Part shown: positions 54,401 through 61,411 of the stretch, piece by piece
Layout of the letters: each line of letters begins with the position of its first letter
Position numbering within the stretch: the first letter of the stretch is position 1
IMG/VR virus record: IMGVR_UViG_3300025674_000014
DNA length: 64,000 nucleotides
Source: a virus
Taxonomy: Duplodnaviria > Caudoviricetes
Direction: 5' to 3' (one strand)
Notes under the pieces: generated by a model
Told to the model about the DNA's origin: nothing
What the model saw: the letters and a program-made list of their open reading frames with translations, nothing else
Databases searched by the model: none
Position numbers and translations under genes: made by a program

Positions 54401-57400
54401 TGGTTTGGGTTGGTGTAGATGTTTGTGTAGATGTTTGTGTATTTGTTCTAGTTTGGGTAGGTGTGCTTGTTGATGTTTGGGTAGACGTTCTTGTTTGGGT
54501 AGGGGTATTAGTAGCAGTCTGAGTTGCTGTTTGTGTCGGGGTTTGTGTTGGTGTCTGAGATGCTGTTCTAGTTACAGTAGCTGTTGATGTTTGAGTTGAT
54601 GTTCTTGTCTGAGTAGGTGTTTGTGTTTGTGTAGATGTTTGGGTTGGGGTTCTTGTTCTCGTTACATCAGGTGTATCTGTTTGACTTGGCGTTCTTGTAA
54701 AAGTTGATGTTCTTGTCTGTGTAGGTGTTTGTGTAGAAGATTGGGTAGCTGTTTGTGTCGGGGTTTGTGTAGGTGTTTGAGTACTTGTTGCAGTAGCTGT
54801 TTGTGTATTTGTTCTGGTTTGGGTAGGTGTTTGTGTTCTAGTATTAGTAGCAGTCTGTGTTGGTGTTTGTGTCTGTGTAGGTGTTTGTGATCTGGTCTGT
54901 GTAGATGTTTGCGTATTTGTTCTTGTTTGGGTTGGTGTTGGGTATCTAGAAACGGTAGATGTTTGAGTATTTGTTCTAGTTTGGGTTGCTGTTTGAGATG
55001 CTGTTCTAGATGCAGTACGGGTAGCTGTTTGTGTATTTGTTCTTGTCTGGGTAGGAGTTTGTGTTCTCGTTTCAGTAGCAGTTTGAGTAGCAGATCTAGT
55101 TTGTGTTGGTGTTTGAGTCGGTGTGGATGTTCGTGTTTGAGTAGCTGTTCTAGTTTGGGTAGGTGTTTGTGATCTAGTTTGTGTTGCTGTTTGAGTTGAA
55201 GTTCTTGTCTGAGTAGGTGTTTGTGATCTAGTTTGGGTAGCAGTTTGTGTTGCAGATCTAGTTTGGGTTGGTGTCTGGGTAGGTGTTTCTGTTCTTGTCT
55301 GTGTTGCTGTTCTAGTAGATGTTCTTGTTTGTGTAGAAGATCTTGTCTGTGTTGGTGTGTTAGTTGAAGTTTGGGTTGCTGTATTAGTAGCTGTTTGAGT
55401 TGGTGTTTGAGATCTTGTCGGTGTTTGGGTTTGTGTAGATGTTCTAGTATTAGTAGCAGTTTGGGTAGTTGTTTGAGTAGCTGTTGGTGTAGGTGTTTGT
55501 GTTCTCGTTCTAGTAGATGTATTGGTAGCTGTTTGTGTAGATGTTCTTGTCTGTGTTGGTGTGCTTGTAGATGTTTGTGTAGCTGTAGGTGATGGGGTTT
55601 GAGTAGCTGTTCTAGTTACAGTAGATGTTGGCGTTCTTGTACTTGTAACTGTTTGGCTAGCTGTTCTTGTTTGGGTAGGTGTTCTGGTAGATGTAATTGT
55701 AGCTGTTTGAGTAGCTGTTCTTGTCTGTGTTGGTGTCTGGGTTTGGGTAGCTGTTCTTGTTGCTGTATTAGTAGCTGTTTGAGTAGGTGTTTGGGTTTGA
55801 GTAGCTGTTCTAGTTTGTGTAGCTGTTCTAGAACTTGTTCTCGTTCTAGTTTGGGTTGGTGTTGATGTTTGGGTATTTGTTCTTGTCTGGGTAGGTGTTT
55901 GAGTTCTAGTAGATGTAGATGTTTGTGTATTTGTTCTTGTTTGAGTAGCTGTTCTTGTCTGTGTAGGTGTTTGTGTGCTTGTATTGGTAGCTGTTTGTGT
56001 TGCTGTTCTAGATTGTGTTCTAGTCTGGGTTTGAGTAGCTGTTCTTGTAGCTGTAGCAGATCTAGTCTGGGTCGGTGTTCTTGTTGAAGTGTTTGTAGCT
56101 GTCTGAGATTTTGTTCTTGTAACCGTTTGTGTAGGTGTTTGTGTTGATGTTCTAGTTACAGTTGATGTAGCTGTTTGAGTAGCTGTTCTAGACTGGGTAG
56201 GTGTCGGTGTTTGTGTTGATGATTGGGTTGGTGTTCTAGTTCTAGTAACATCAGGGGTGTCTGTTTGACTTGGCGTTCTTGTAAAAGTAGGTGTTCTGGT
56301 TTGAGTAGGTGTTTGTGTTCTAGTATTGGTAACGGTTTGGGTAGCCGTCTGTGTAGGTGTTTGAGTTTGGCTAGCAGTTCTTGTTGATGTAACTGATTGT
56401 GTAGGTGTTTGTGTTCTTGTCTGTGTAGCTGTTCTTGTCTGACTAGCTGTTCTTGTAACTGTAGCTGTCTGAGTTGGTGTATTAGTAGCTGTTTGTGTAG
56501 CTGTTCTACTAGCTGTTCTAGTAACTGTAGGGGTTTGAGTTGATGTTTTAGTTTGTGTTGGTGTTTGAGTTCTAGTAACGGAAACTGTATTAGTAGCTGT
56601 TTTTGTAACTGTAGCTGTCTGAGTTGGGGTATTGGTAGCTGTCTGAGTTGGTGTAGATGTTCTTGTCTGAGTAGCTGTTCTTGTAACTGTAGGTGTTTGT
56701 GTACTTGTTCTTGTTAATGTGCTAGTAGCTGTTCTAGTGGCCGTAACCGTTGGAGATGCTGTTCTGCTTACGGTTGATGTTACTGTAGCTGTACGTGTAA
56801 CTGTGACTGTAGGTGTTTGTGTTGCCGTTCTTGTAATTGTTCTAGTAGGTGTTCTTGTTGGTGTTGGATCAATCTTGTTAATAACTTCTAATGGTAAGAA
56901 ATTAGTAGAAGGTGATGAAAGGGCTTGTTGTTTAAAAAATGAAATATAAGACGATTGCTGCACGAATTCGGTAAAACCTTGTAAGAAAGAAGGTAATCCA
57001 GGAACGTAAGTCTCAAATACAGGGCTTAATTGATTTGTAGGTCTTAATCTGAATACTCTTTCTGTAGCTGATGTTCTGTTAAAAACAGTAAATGCTTCAT
57101 CAGTCATACCAGCACCTGTTGCTAAATTCATATTAACAGCTGATGTATATAAGAACCAAGATAAACCTGATCTCATATATTGAGCTGATAATGCATTAGC
57201 GCCTAACGGTGGTATGAAACCACTTACAGAGAGTGGTAACACACTAAGTGAATCAACATACACCGCATATGTACTACCAGGCACAAATTGAGTGAAACCT
57301 TGCAAGAAGTCAGGTAACCCAGGTGTGTAAGTAATACGAGATGGTGAATTAGGATTGTCAGAAGCAAATATTCTATCTACGTAATCGCCAGATGATAGTA

Positions 57401-57473
57401 TCGTGCTACTAACATTTAGCCTATTTTCTTCGATAAACTGTAATATTTGCCCGGAAAACGTGATTAAGCCCAT
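33408..57473 (-). CDS. giant virion fibre/adhesin-like protein (8021 aa; ~10,074 aa if joined to 27250-33318)
   Basis: Uninterrupted 24-kb ORF preceded by TAAATA; alternates (T-X)n stalks with many LamG/ConA-like domains (LLLHMNG...FTDSS...WYHxA) and two Gly-rich domains; no signal peptide is evident. Confidence 0.9.
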   Translation of the reverse strand: MGLITFSGQILQFIEENRLNVSSTILSSGDYVDRIFASDNPNSPSRITYTPGLPDFLQGFTQFVPGSTYAVYVDSLSVLPLSVSGFIPPLGANALSAQYMRSGLSWFLYTSAVNMNLATGAGMTDEAFTVFNRTSATERVFRLRPTNQLSPVFETYVPGLPSFLQGFTEFVQQSSYISFFKQQALSSPSTNFLPLEVINKIDPTPTRTPTRTITRTATQTPTVTVTRTATVTSTVSRTASPTVTATRTATSTLTRTSTQTPTVTRTATQTRTSTPTQTATNTPTQTATVTKTATNTVSVTRTQTPTQTKTSTQTPTVTRTASRTATQTATNTPTQTATVTRTASQTRTATQTRTQTPTQSVTSTRTASQTQTPTQTATQTVTNTRTQTPTQTRTPTFTRTPSQTDTPDVTRTRTPTQSSTQTPTPTQSRTATQTATSTVTRTSTQTPTQTVTRTKSQTATNTSTRTPTQTRSATATRTATQTQTRTQSRTATQTATNTSTQTPTQTRTATQTRTNTQTSTSTRTQTPTQTRTNTQTSTPTQTRTRTSSRTATQTRTATQTQTPTQTATNTATRTATQTQTPTQTRTATQTATITSTRTPTQTRTASQTVTSTRTPTSTVTRTATQTPSPTATQTSTSTPTQTRTSTQTATNTSTRTRTQTPTPTATQTTTQTATNTRTSTQTQTPTRSQTPTQTATNTATQTSTNTPTQTRSSTQTRTSTRTATQTRTETPTQTPTQTRSATQTATQTRSQTPTQTRTSTQTATQTRSQTPTQTRTATQTRTSTPTQTPTQTRSATQTATETRTQTPTQTRTNTQTATRTASRTASQTATQTRTNTQTSTVSRYPTPTQTRTNTQTSTQTRSQTPTQTQTPTQTATNTRTQTPTQTRTNTQTATATSTQTPTQTPTQTATQSSTQTPTQTRTSTFTRTPSQTDTPDVTRTRTPTQTSTQTQTPTQTRTSTQTSTATVTRTASQTPTQTPTQTATQTATNTPTQTRTSTQTSTSTPTQTRTNTQTSTQTSTPTQTRTSTQTQTPTQTATQTSTRTRTQTPTNTRTATQTQTPTQTRTASQTQTPTQTATNTATRTSTQTRTNTQTYTQTGTQTATVTRTASQTQTPTQTRTASQTQTPTQTATNTATQTATQTPTVTSTVTQTPTQTATNTRTQTPTQTRTATETVTRTRSQTPTQTSTQTPTATQTRTPTQTRTSTSTRTRTQTRTASQTATQSATQTATQTPTQTRTATETVTRTATQTHTQTRTASQTATPTATQTSTSTRTRTQTRTASQTATVTATRTSTQTPTRTQTRTSTQTATETRTQTPTKTRTATQSATATQTQTPTRTASQTATRTASQTATATQTSTQTPTQTATNTRTRTQTRTASQTATPTATQTPTQTRTNTSTVTRTETPTQTPTSTSTPTPTNTRTSTFTRTPSQTDTPDVTRTRTPTQTSTPTQTRTATNTRTQTSTPTATQTATSTRTRTQTRTASQTRTQTPTQTRTATQTATNTATRTATQTKTNTQTSTPTQTSTQTATSTVTSTQTRTRSQTSTPTYTRTATHTRTATQTATRAVTPTQTATKTSTPTSTVSATATRTNTQTRTASQTNTPTNTRTATNTPTQTRTATHTPTQTATGPITSNLIAYYDAANQTTTGDLSDTYYSDTSLLLHMNGADGSTTFTDSSSANRTASVNGNAQISTDQFKFGGSSAYFDGNNDWLSYSTSSSTAFGSGDFTIETWVYITAHGSSGTTITKNYVDGNWGSDKWVLYADHPNRQNLFTFWAYNLKNDGAPVLASTTSVSTNTWYNVILQRKDSVFYLFVDGVMEANNSSYTGSIDNGSSTTLNIAGSKIGDNYQLQGYIDEFRVTKGVGRYETGTETSLTSDLEFNYNINAGSRRALTSTLYDLTSGAYNATINGATYSPDSPAYLSFDGSNDNIATGRSFTLDNKQYSFVFWVKLDSTQSAHSYTKPLATDYNGTSSYFMVGMRGLGDATNGGKLDFWERNSSGTERLARTSDTYNDDTWHHIAYVADSTKLRIYVDGVLEATSASNRPGGDITSGANWTIMSGNSSYMNGDLSVARFYLDKALTASEIEADYNNTKYPFINDAAFTPQSLEFYPATGVDDITSNSIDSVIVGDVDLYQATQPKYYNWPTWQAFGGVNYLQSVSNLSTLPVLNDNITVLAWVRYDDDSFSTNRYHQIMYLYVDDSNLIKINKVRSGYSAAPNRLFGQLRSGGTSYTIGIDGSLPALSSSTGWFQVALTLSNNELKLYFNADQLGSTLTVPSSRSTTQPAFAVGRNFNTSETLEADMFGDIAIVKLYDSALTENEIESSYNSLRQRFNLPELTPTPSVTRTSTQTRTNTQTGTQTPTQTRTATQTPTATSTVTQTPTQTSTVTSTATQTPTQTRTITPTVTSTRTRTRTNTPTYTQTATSTRTNTQTRTASQTRTASKTKTATNTATPTVTATNSATPTQTRTATQTRSATQTATNTRTKTSTATATQTPTQTATPTYTRTATNTPTAEATATQTATQTATSTVTRTSTQTRTETQTPTASVTRTQTPTQTRTNTQTRTPTSTSTVTATATSTRTSTQTRSQTQTRTTTQTQTAEPTATRTSTQTQTPTVTATITGTRTATQTSTRTGTPTQTRTATVTNTKTSTQTQTPTSTRTGTQTQTPTATQTKTPTKSRSQTSTSTPTYTPTNTATRTRTPTQSATRTTTRTASQTRTSTQTPTGTVTQTATQSPTQTPTQTRTNTRTQTPTYTRTATFTRTPSQTDTPDVTATRTPTQTSSQTPTPTQTVTSSQTNTPTATLTATQSPTQTPTQTRTATRTETPTQTATSTNTPTQTRTHSQTATPTQTRSQTPTQTATNTVTSTPTSTQTPTNTKTRTFTPTQTPSQTVTSTPTSTQTSTQTPTVTQTRTNTPTYTPTQTRTATNTTTTTGTQTPTNTRTSTQTSTQTRTNTRTRSQTPTQTSTRTATQGASPTATQTQTRTPTVTETATRTRTQSRTATQTATATVTRSKSPTQTPTATATNTRTNTQTRTSTQTATNTRTSTQTATCTQTPTSTRTSTQTRTASQTRTSTQTPTNTKTSTQTATRTSTQTATSTRTSTQTRTNTQTNTPTRTRTRTQTPTQTPTQTATNTVTSTRTVTSTSTRSGTPGSTRTRTPTQSRTPTQTATSTPTPTQSRTPTNTRTRTSTETATRTATNTATRTRTQTPTQTSTRTSTQTRTSTRTATNTATRTRTPTYTPSATRTATPTYTRTSTQTPTNTSTHGQTCGLIANQDASSIRSAFVSTPTPTQTNTPTVTNTPPYSTNLVAYWDADNTSSYTSGTTWYDLANSYNLSICGPTYTTSCGIKYFCFSSGDGMVGDSILKDFSSGCNLTYVAWVNFDSLSDADVITDAANSGNRQAALGTNSGSCLYAQVQYGTGGVNDSCVYNSGCLSTGEWNQLSFTYSPTDGTKLYYNGDMVNSNSITPFLDYASHGCFAIGRDPWNSSCNLFTGKIGQAKVFNDTLSQQDINNLYNSNKNRYCVGSPQVTQTATTTRTPSTGFYPADSNTWYDLTTNVNDFKFASGDTYYPNVSLLLHMNGNNDGTTFTDSSSSVNTVTTYGSAVTSTDQYKWGGSSGYFNGSGSSYLTVPNTAANFGSDDFTIEAWVRFDSLPSDESHYILTDYSEQDNSSNVTVFALHWEEGLRFLSVDSGSFLVNASQGNTSGWSTNTWYHVAATRSGNTFKVFRDGTELNSATYSGTLFNGVSSSIIGTSNFFQNSDSMDGYIQDLRITKGIARYTDDFTPPNATFANYNLSEPSYNIADTLSSYYTVNDIVLDNNNLNVGTTLSAFTVGMWIKTDSSAIDGGVSPKLFMLDGPSGDNADNFQLGINVDTGTLQAYNTLLSGADTLSADGYTDLTDGNWHQVYATLGYNDIPVDPYYENVSLLLHMNGLSGSQTFTDSSLSASDNNITTNGNAMITDDEYKFQGTSGYFQGSEDFLSWQSSALAFGTDDFTLEYWIYFNSIYNWITHVSTTRASNGFNTWTGANGDTGWYAQGARIVEWNGVTSGQWYHYAFTRESGSLRMFVNGTLVDTATDTRNYTQTYSEIGDIAGYSTEPLNGYMQDVRVTKGVARYTSSFTPPNNQFYPGTGTVSTLYVDGYPEVSYNNYITPTDLNNGNIRPRIGGYSYTKGRLNGDISQFKMYNREMSADDVQDDYEATFQRFNLPQLTPTQTPTQTRTQTPTQTRTSTQTRTATQTRTATQTRTRTQTRTRTQTPTRSRTPTQTRTATQTPTQTITGTHTPTQTRTATQTPTQTRTGTQTATQTVTPSPGSYYIRAFGGCEIQCEGFRYHIFCTDYRCVYDYDFYVNNTASSEVYNTIEAMVVAGGGGGAGGEYNYGLGGGGAGGVVLSAFQATTGNFKVSVGAASFGNPSWNQGYTRGYNSMFGTISACGGGQGGYSGLPWNGGRFNGQSGGSGAGGTSVDNGGYRGCGGAGIPGQGHDGGAVCASSSGGGGGGAGGPGQLSCDGTTGCCGDGGVGVCFEMFGTLCWVGGGGGGCRGVGGCGGGGSGGRRCGSNSAGVDGTGGGGGPRSRGGNGIVVIKYPFPDNPNTTPTPTRSQTPTQTQTPTQTGTVTKTNTTTRTITKTQTKTPTQTRSQTQTSTPTNTQTPTYTFTPTQTQSITQSPTITKSITETITQTPTGTRTRTNTRTATQTSTNTPTPTPVYSSTPTRTQTQTSGIVTSNLVANQDASDVCTNYVHTPTPTKTNTINYTPTSVGYSSNLCLYFEPNNTLSYPASGGCFFYNLQGDTDIYVCYTNYPTLTSTGTGMQYTYWNGDNRLYSTPNYWADTINPDEGSVEAWVCIDNRYYARTIAAYGRNGAADYGFWLFVSEWNGYPRSYDGRGIVFGTRRSNGGYYCACAGATRTNDLFNGQGHNRQWAHVVGVYSKDHTCLFVNGELVDMINSEGTCMTCYWSNSADNYFTIGTAPDGNCRMCGGLGSYKYYNCALNQAQVKENYDTEKYRYMYDLPERAVTPTKTKTRCNTITATQTATPTNTMTATQTRTVTQTSSVCSTPTPTYNSIAISGGTCSYQWGNKCIHVFNETDTMCIKYHGDNCLLCYLVVGAGGSGGVVRNNGTQAAGGGAGGYLEGSMYLAPSSIGTHTVQVGQGRYFCNGEDSIFLHLTAFGGGRGADCCYGVSCSGGSGGGGTNWSNRGGCCPGQGNCGGYRPYSWCPPTYGGGALDENGYGCTSDITGLSATYATGGAPAGNYAARTGGNGCNSDPIPNTGNGGAGVYSYNYGGDKFPNGLPGSSGVVILSYTISGPEGHYTTPTPTQTSSPTRSPSPTTSKTPTYTCTRTKTSTCTKTRTCTPTNTSTRTRTPTVTNTENAIGDPYYNNNIYTFRMDGNNGDGFICDYGACNYGNVGITCGKFTTDEYRYGTGSVKFDCNCTYICMTTTVHPTSGSLINCGIMLDGCDWGWTLQGYWKATTQCGFSLLCSNRCGNSEIYMNSNNCFYVHCCNVYAVGFDVDSCFCNFSVCDWNHYMVSQCLDSSGSAYYRFWMNGCYLGERNVGSGPRGIKCACFNNRNASNNTTYMAETRLYTTTEKCMTIFGWGEEPPYWTCTLGYYPYPGNYPITTPTKTVSVSPTQGSSPTPTLTNTSTLTQTPTQTPTTTPTYSVTQTRTRTKSQTRTPSQTRTNTRTRTQTPTQTPTNTPTKTRSTTPTKTLTNTKTATFTTTPTCTQTNTPTVTQTNTPARTATYTNTHSATATCNVTVTKTQTRTSSNTPTYTPTRTQTGVNKCGLIMHIDVSNPNSFPELSAGSTECNRDVYNLVNGCIGCFNNDLYNSFSTYCDKRRSISMCCGGGIYMCNVNKCCSSWCDADTAIYRVDNSPGFTIITTFKPYCITEGSLMCLENVFNLYRRTDCTLDFYIYDRCGSDIGYTWGCQPLLSSTNITTVAASYDNTCGCFRIYVNGCCKDGYQRKLYYMTPRCTNGWLTMFCNGCAASEFYSAKLYNRVLSDVEIAQDYNHDACKYDYTPIPLVTPTPTSSNTPTRTNTIGLSPTTTPAGCFLKSDKLVLHLDFYQGQSYPYCTLPERDGENGQYVYVEDLSPRNNHGRLTVYNSCYCADPYQGTLSFRSGMCLPENTDLTFFCEDFTVAFWARPVSTSGDQSVVDRYSWNNNPFDIYWRGSDCRYIVSGQGLPTLCTQQLTLSSFHYVNVSRRANEIAIYSNAGDLFCCPVNNCYNIYDYGRPYTLGAFCNLAQYRVYCGFGMTRDEVISDFKGLSARYQATPAPTNTQTPTQTSTVTRTRSYTPTRSSSPTIGVTPTPTATQYVAAPDCLTISYDFYNQQSYPNYTRSAYGCTESNIVDLTNHGNDGTLFCNDLTLYSQKCCHKFCCPYGTCYPISNYPWYSNCEYDGGGTLCWDERCSCSGAVYFNNPNAFETLSGDFSATAWICPTRVNSTILGNTKRIGTYGHDYQLWWLVDDQCRARFYTNGLYSTGGDVWTYPLSALTLCEWSHVAFVRKNNVSYAYLNGVPGLSAENTSNILSLSSCNLLPMLGGYRQERNDYRWKGSIATFRWYQTCGLSHEQVCADYAALSSRYTLSVCTPPVTPTNTPTVTQGACVSTRNLCLFLDSTNTFSYPASGGNRWYDLSDNHYETIMAGYRLVDDNYINPRHLEWQNGYGYNNTFQPLTASDWTITLAMQPNEETREMYLFDTNYPDMGISMNMGNGSYDAYHRYYNIGIGHGDNVYPLSGSWGFSKLPVSEGRFDVITYRRTKDKMSGFINGVQAFNIDITDPYGYRFYPGHNFNIFSDQGEGNRFYGKVGAVAVHGTALTDYEVARMNNYLLSKFNKTLAPLVTPTPTNTSTGQSPYLWQDISSNNNDLTIANRDEYSDYNAIVLNFQGLSGQTTFVDSSSANAEFITLGDAFITTSEYKFGSSSGEFNRSGNVDGIMKPAYAGYDMRFYTNDFTIESWVKLRSMPTSDSWPTNWQNHQMIITSGDPGSGNGFGFLIGQTKLIVHYTDTQRINGTHGMEIDKWYHLAVSRESGVMRLFVNGTKIAETTWGDSVTNGNYIYVACETGQGASLDGWMNGLRVTRDVARYTADFDTPQDMFPSYVYSPSINYNVADSLSSYYVAMSGHGDYAELSGYNSLSSFSVGMWVQSNSKSLSNGISQNIFKFDGPTGDTIDNFQMNVDPLSGTLQVYTLPEATAGALSATGTTNITDGKWHHIYTTLSGDVNVPTDSYYPNVKLLLHMNGANESTTFTDSSSAARTPSDVAGNTEILTNDYKWGGSSGYFDGSGDYLLYSDSDDWHFGDGDFTIEAWMKSPGGPSTGNYQIIASQSSFGASSNSAFYLGALSDSNGGYAVGAISTTGTGWTYTNTSTIAVNDNAWHHVALVRNGTSLRVYVDGISTSNTDVGTSSVYNSTRDLYIGSQNRSQYMNGYLQDVRITKGIARYTGNFRRPTTTFYPGKFNDMRIYVDGYQDHSTLIDFQGDVSNLNNGNPRPRMASYNGLSGFMDGKYASLKVYDTALTLYQVQLNYETTFKRFNLPQLSPTPTNTRTRTQTPTQTSTVTRTNTQTVTRTRSPQPTQTRTPSNTRTNTSTPTNTPTSTQTPTQSPTNTRTPTETRTNTQTVTSTRTRTQTRTSSQTNTPTQSRTPTFTPTRTRTRTETPTQTPTNTSTRTTTQTPTSTRTSTQTRTSTQTATNTRTRTQTRTASQTATATQTRTSTQTRSQTPTQTRTSTQTPTQTRTATQTPTQTATSAIQSDLIAYYDADNTTTTGDLSDTYYSDVQLLLHMNGTDGSTTFTDSSSASNTASNTNTEISTDQFKFGGSSAYFDGTAYLNYSSGLALGSSDFTFETWVYVSSIGSRQYIFDTRGGGSGGVLLTVEANGKVLFSGGIISADTYSTSTLSNNTWYHLAAVRDSSTARLFIDGTQEATVSISGTAPGGQLIIGSKSDGTSKLTGYIDEFRLTIGTARYTSNFTPQSREFYPATGIGDITSNSIDSVIVGDVELNQTSPKSYVWPTSTGDAVNYIERFLI
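47690..50460 (-). repeat. (Thr-X)n low-complexity coding stalk, approx. bounds
   Basis: About 920 codons of T-X alternation between LamG blocks. Confidence 0.9.
52590..56865 (-). repeat. (Thr-X)n low-complexity coding stalk, approx. bounds
   Basis: About 1400 codons of T-X alternation following the N-terminal domain. Confidence 0.9.
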
Positions 57474-57482
57474 ACGTAAATA

Positions 57483-57488
57483 TATTTA
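57483..57488 (-). promoter_or_regulatory. TAAATA late-promoter motif before the giant gene
   Basis: Ends 9 nt before the ATG at 57473. Confidence 0.5.
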
Positions 57489-57519
57489 ATCACCTACGTA
57501 TAAGGGAAATAAAAGAATC

Positions 57520-57801
57520 TTAAGAAAAATTAATTTTTTCTGACTTAAGTTTAAACTTAAACTCTTTCTTGTATTTATTAGAAAAGTATGTAATTTCTTT
57601 ACCTAGATATTCAACATAGTTTACATTTATAACAGCTAGAGGCTCGTCTTTATAATAGACATATGTAGTGGATAAACACAACTCTCCTTCAAGAGGTATT
57701 GCCGGTAAGATAACATAATCATCTTTACCTGCTTGAAATGAAACTGCATTATCTTGAGCATGTGGCTCACCACCTGTTCCTATTAATTTAAATGTATCCA
57801 T
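57520..57801 (-). CDS. small stand-alone paralog of the C-terminal domain of the upstream mucin-like protein
   Basis: LIGTGGEPHAQDNAVSFQ...KINFS aligns with LTGTGSAPHPAANGVTFQ...NVNFST; 1-nt stop/start overlap with the upstream gene. Confidence 0.75.
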   Translation of the reverse strand: MDTFKLIGTGGEPHAQDNAVSFQAGKDDYVILPAIPLEGELCLSTTYVYYKDEPLAVINVNYVEYLGKEITYFSNKYKKEFKFKLKSEKINFS

Positions 57802-60443
57802 TATGTAGAAAAGTTAACGTTACCATCAACAAAGTTACCTAAGAAAGGTCCATCTCCGTTAGCATACTCAACTCTGAATTGGTCTCCTGTATATCCATTG
57901 TAAGAGTAACTCACAACTGATCTAATACTACCATCAACGTAGATATACATAGTAGCAAAAGCTGGGCCACCGGATAAATCAGTATCAAACTCAAATATGT
58001 CATTTGCAGCAGATTGGAATGTAACACCGTTAGCTGCAGGGTGAGGTGCTGATCCGGTACCTGTTAAACTGTTATTAAAGGTAAGAGGAGGTGTTGATGT
58101 TTGAGTTGGTGTGTAAGTAGGTGTTCTAGATTGGGTAGGTGTTTGGGTAGATGTTCTTGTATTAGTCGGTGTAGCTGTAGGGGTTTGTGTCCTTGTTCTT
58201 GTTTGTGTAGGTGTTTGAGATCTAGTAGAGGTTTGTGTCGGACTTTGAGTAGCGGTTTGCGATCTAGTTTGGGTAGGTGTTCCTGTCTGTGAAGATGTTC
58301 TTGTTTGGGTTGGTGTTTGAGATTTTGTTCTTGTATTAGTAGGTGTTTGTGTTCTAGATTGTGTTGGTGTTTGTGTCGGTGATTGAGTAGGTGTATTTGT
58401 ATTTGTTTGTGTTGGTGTTTGTGTTAAAGTTTGTGTTGGTGTACGAGTTTGTGTTGATGTTCTAGTAGTAGTTGGTGTTCTTGTTCTAGTTGCACCTGGT
58501 GTATCAGTTTGACTTGGTGTTCTTGTGAAAGTTGCTGTTCTTGTGTTAGTTGGTGTGGTAGTTGATGTATTAGTAGGTGTTTGAGTTGCGGTAGAAGATT
58601 GAGTAGCTGTACGGGTAACAGTTGGTGACGATGTTCTAGTAGATGTTTGTGTGTTTGTTCTAGAAGAAGTTACTGTAGGTGTAGCTGTTGAAGTCTTTGA
58701 TTTTGTTCTAGTTACAGTGGGTGTTACAGTATTAGTAGCTGTTTTAGTTTGTGTGGGGGTTTGAGATCTAGTAGGTGTTTGTGTTCTTGTAGATGTTCGT
58801 GTTGGTGTTTGAGTTGATGTTTGAGTAGGGGTTTCTGTTCTTGTTTGAGTAGCTGTTCTAGTATTAGTTGGTGTATTGGTAGCTGTACGAGTAGGAGAAG
58901 CTGTAGCTTCTGGTGTTAAAGTTGATGTAGATGTTACCGTTCTAGTATTAGTAGCGGTTTGAGAAGCTGTTCTAGTGGCTGTTTTTGTATTAGTAGGTGT
59001 ATTTGTCGGTGTTCTACTATTAGTGGGTGTTCTAGTTCTCGTAACGTCAGGTGTATCGGTTTGCGAAGGCGTTCTAGTGAAAGTAGCTGTTCTTGTATTA
59101 GTTGGTGTGGATGAATTTGTAGCTGTTCTAGTAGTAGTTTGTGTTGGAGATTGAGTTGCAGTTTGTGTAGCGGTTCGAGAAGATGTTCTCGTGTTAGTTG
59201 GGGTTACTCCAGGTGTACCTGTTCTGGTGGATGTTTGTGTAGGGGTTTGTGTAGAAGTCTGAGTTCTTGACCTTGTTTGTGTAGGAGATTGGGTAGGTGT
59301 TTGAGTTCTTGTAGTTGTAGCAGAACGAGTAGGTGTAACTGTATTAGTTGGTGTAGATGTTCTTGTAGAAGTCCTTGTAGCAGAAGCTGTTTGAGTTGGT
59401 GTAATAGTTGACGTTCTAGTTTGGGTAACACCGGGTGTTGCTGATCTAGTTGACGTTCTCGTTTGTGTTGGTGTGATTGTTGATGTAGCGGTATTAGTAG
59501 CGGTTGTTGTAGCTGAACTAGTTGCTGTTTTAGTATTTGTTATAGTGGCTGTTACGGTTGGTGTAGATGTTGACGTTCTAGTAGCCGTAGCAGTTTGAGT
59601 TGGTGTTTGTGTGGGTGTAGTTTGAGGTGTACCAGTTGAAGTAACTGTCTGCGTAGGTGTTTGAGAAGATGTCTTAGTGTTAGTAGCAGTAGATGTTTTT
59701 GTTCTGGTAGTTGTTTGTGTCGGGGTTTGAGTAGCAGTAGCTGCTGGTGTAGCTTGAGGTGTATTTGATGATGTTGCAGTAGGGGTAACTGTTGCAGTTC
59801 TTGTAGGTGTTTGAGTAGCGGTTTGTGTTCTAGATCTTGTAGCTGTTTGAGTAGCTGTTTGTGTTCTCGTTCTAGTAGATGTTTGCGTGGGGGATACTTG
59901 AGGAGATGCAGTAGGTGTAGCAGTAGATGTAGAAGTTGTTGTTCTAGTTGGTGTTGCAGTATTACTTGCTGTTCTAGTTGGTGTTTGTGTTGAAGTTACT
60001 GCAGGGGACGCTGTTGGTGTGGCAGTAGATGTAGAAGTTGATGTTCTAGTTGGTGTTTGAGTTGTAGATTGAGTACTTGTTCTAGTTACCGTCTGGGTAG
60101 ATGTACGGGTATTAGTTGGTGTTGGTGTTGGTGCAGATCCTTGAGTAGGTGAAACTGAAACAGTCTTTGTAGGGGTTTGTGTTCTTGTTCTAGTATAAGT
60201 CGGGGTAGCTGTTCTTGTAGCTGTTGGTGTTACTACTGGATTTGGTTCATTATCAACCGAAACCATACCAACATGCATACCTAACGGTTGCAAGCCAGAT
60301 CTTCTAGAAGATCTGTTAGCTTGCGGTCGGGGATCCAATATACAGGAGGGAATAGCTCGCCTACTATTTAAAGGATTATTAGGACAAATATTGGCTATAT
60401 TATTTTGGTTACCACTTCCAAATTGATTTGATCTACTCGCCAC
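57801..60443 (-). CDS. mucin-like Thr-rich virion protein (880 aa) with small C-terminal beta domain
   Basis: GTG start after AATAAATA; ~70-aa N-terminus, ~710-aa (T-X)n stalk and ~95-aa C-terminal domain. Confidence 0.85.
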   Translation of the reverse strand: MASRSNQFGSGNQNNIANICPNNPLNSRRAIPSCILDPRPQANRSSRRSGLQPLGMHVGMVSVDNEPNPVVTPTATRTATPTYTRTRTQTPTKTVSVSPTQGSAPTPTPTNTRTSTQTVTRTSTQSTTQTPTRTSTSTSTATPTASPAVTSTQTPTRTASNTATPTRTTTSTSTATPTASPQVSPTQTSTRTRTQTATQTATRSRTQTATQTPTRTATVTPTATSSNTPQATPAATATQTPTQTTTRTKTSTATNTKTSSQTPTQTVTSTGTPQTTPTQTPTQTATATRTSTSTPTVTATITNTKTATSSATTTATNTATSTITPTQTRTSTRSATPGVTQTRTSTITPTQTASATRTSTRTSTPTNTVTPTRSATTTRTQTPTQSPTQTRSRTQTSTQTPTQTSTRTGTPGVTPTNTRTSSRTATQTATQSPTQTTTRTATNSSTPTNTRTATFTRTPSQTDTPDVTRTRTPTNSRTPTNTPTNTKTATRTASQTATNTRTVTSTSTLTPEATASPTRTATNTPTNTRTATQTRTETPTQTSTQTPTRTSTRTQTPTRSQTPTQTKTATNTVTPTVTRTKSKTSTATPTVTSSRTNTQTSTRTSSPTVTRTATQSSTATQTPTNTSTTTPTNTRTATFTRTPSQTDTPGATRTRTPTTTRTSTQTRTPTQTLTQTPTQTNTNTPTQSPTQTPTQSRTQTPTNTRTKSQTPTQTRTSSQTGTPTQTRSQTATQSPTQTSTRSQTPTQTRTRTQTPTATPTNTRTSTQTPTQSRTPTYTPTQTSTPPLTFNNSLTGTGSAPHPAANGVTFQSAANDIFEFDTDLSGGPAFATMYIYVDGSIRSVVSYSYNGYTGDQFRVEYANGDGPFLGNFVDGNVNFST

Positions 60444-60450
60444 AATTATA

Positions 60451-60458
60451 TTTATTAA
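60451..60458 (-). promoter_or_regulatory. AATAAATA late-promoter motif
   Basis: Ends 7 nt before the GTG at 60443. Confidence 0.5.
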
Positions 60459-60467
60459 ATTATTGGC

Positions 60468-61382
60468 TTATAGTTTGAGAGAAGTAATGATTTTATCAAC
60501 ATTAAAGATCTCTCTTTCATCAGTATAAGGACATTCATGAGCGTGAGCAGCTAAATCATAATCAAAATAATAACTGTTCATCAAATGAGATTTGCCTTTA
60601 GGATCATTAGCCTTAATATTGTGATGAAGTTTATAACCGAACATCTCAGGGTGAGTACCAATCCAAAGTACGGTAGAAGGTAAACCAAAAGCTGCTGCAG
60701 CATGCTGCATGCATGAGTCAATTAGAAGTCTTTTATCCGCTGCTTTTAGAATAGAAAACAATTCAATATTACTCATTTGTGCATTTACTACTTCACAACC
60801 TTGAACATGAGGAGAGTTAGGTCTGCAAACCTGGTAAACGTGATAACCTTTATTGAGAGCAGCATTAGCTACCTCCGAAGCAACACTATAAGGCATATCG
60901 CGAGTCCAAGCATATATATGTTGCTGTTGGTCTTCACCGAACGGACCACCGTTGGTTTGCAGAACTAAAATTGGTCTTTGATCTTGATTAAGCCATCTTT
61001 GATGAGCCTGTTGACCATACATGTTAAGAGGAATGTTAGGTCTATGTTTAAGTTCATTAAACTCTAACCCACACATTGTAAACCACGTCTGCATAAGAGG
61101 TGTCTTCTGCATAATGTGAGTAGATTCATAATAAGGCTCTCTTCTAAGAACAATAGTATCTTTATTGTTAATAAATGTTTCGTAAAAATAAGGTGTACCG
61201 TGAGGGTAAACTCGTTCAATATCTGGGTTATGAAAGAAAATCTCTGGCCAGGAAGCAGTTACAATTATTTTTCTATCAGGATATTTTTCCTTAAGAGGTT
61301 TTATAATAGCAGTAGAAGCAACGTTCTTACCTAAACCACCTTCTACATGTAATACAACATATTTTTCTTTTGACTCGCTCAT
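60468..61382 (-). CDS. GT-B fold glycosyltransferase, GT9 (heptosyltransferase)-like
   Basis: VLHVEGGLGKNVASTAIIKPLKEKYPDRKIIV, ILVLQTNGG...RDMP, LLIDSCMQHAAAAFGLPSTVLWIGT.P..FGY. Confidence 0.75.
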   Translation of the reverse strand: MSESKEKYVVLHVEGGLGKNVASTAIIKPLKEKYPDRKIIVTASWPEIFFHNPDIERVYPHGTPYFYETFINNKDTIVLRREPYYESTHIMQKTPLMQTWFTMCGLEFNELKHRPNIPLNMYGQQAHQRWLNQDQRPILVLQTNGGPFGEDQQQHIYAWTRDMPYSVASEVANAALNKGYHVYQVCRPNSPHVQGCEVVNAQMSNIELFSILKAADKRLLIDSCMQHAAAAFGLPSTVLWIGTHPEMFGYKLHHNIKANDPKGKSHLMNSYYFDYDLAAHAHECPYTDEREIFNVDKIITSLKL

Positions 61383-61411
61383 TAATTTAATTTAGCGAGT
61401 ATCTATATAAA

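Noticed and set aside
28735-60000. Dozens of + strand ORFs rich in V/L/C/S/R (e.g. 30011-30772, 31771-32559) and alternative minus-frame ORFs such as 28874-29212
   Set aside because: Shadow frames of the (Thr-X)n coding repeats: stop codons are scarce because the DNA is 6-nt periodic and GT-rich. They have no promoters or domains and overlap a much longer ORF.
28690-60300. Repetitive DNA as a CRISPR array or non-coding satellite
   Set aside because: No constant repeat with unique spacers; the repeats are in-frame, synonymously varied protein-coding sequence.
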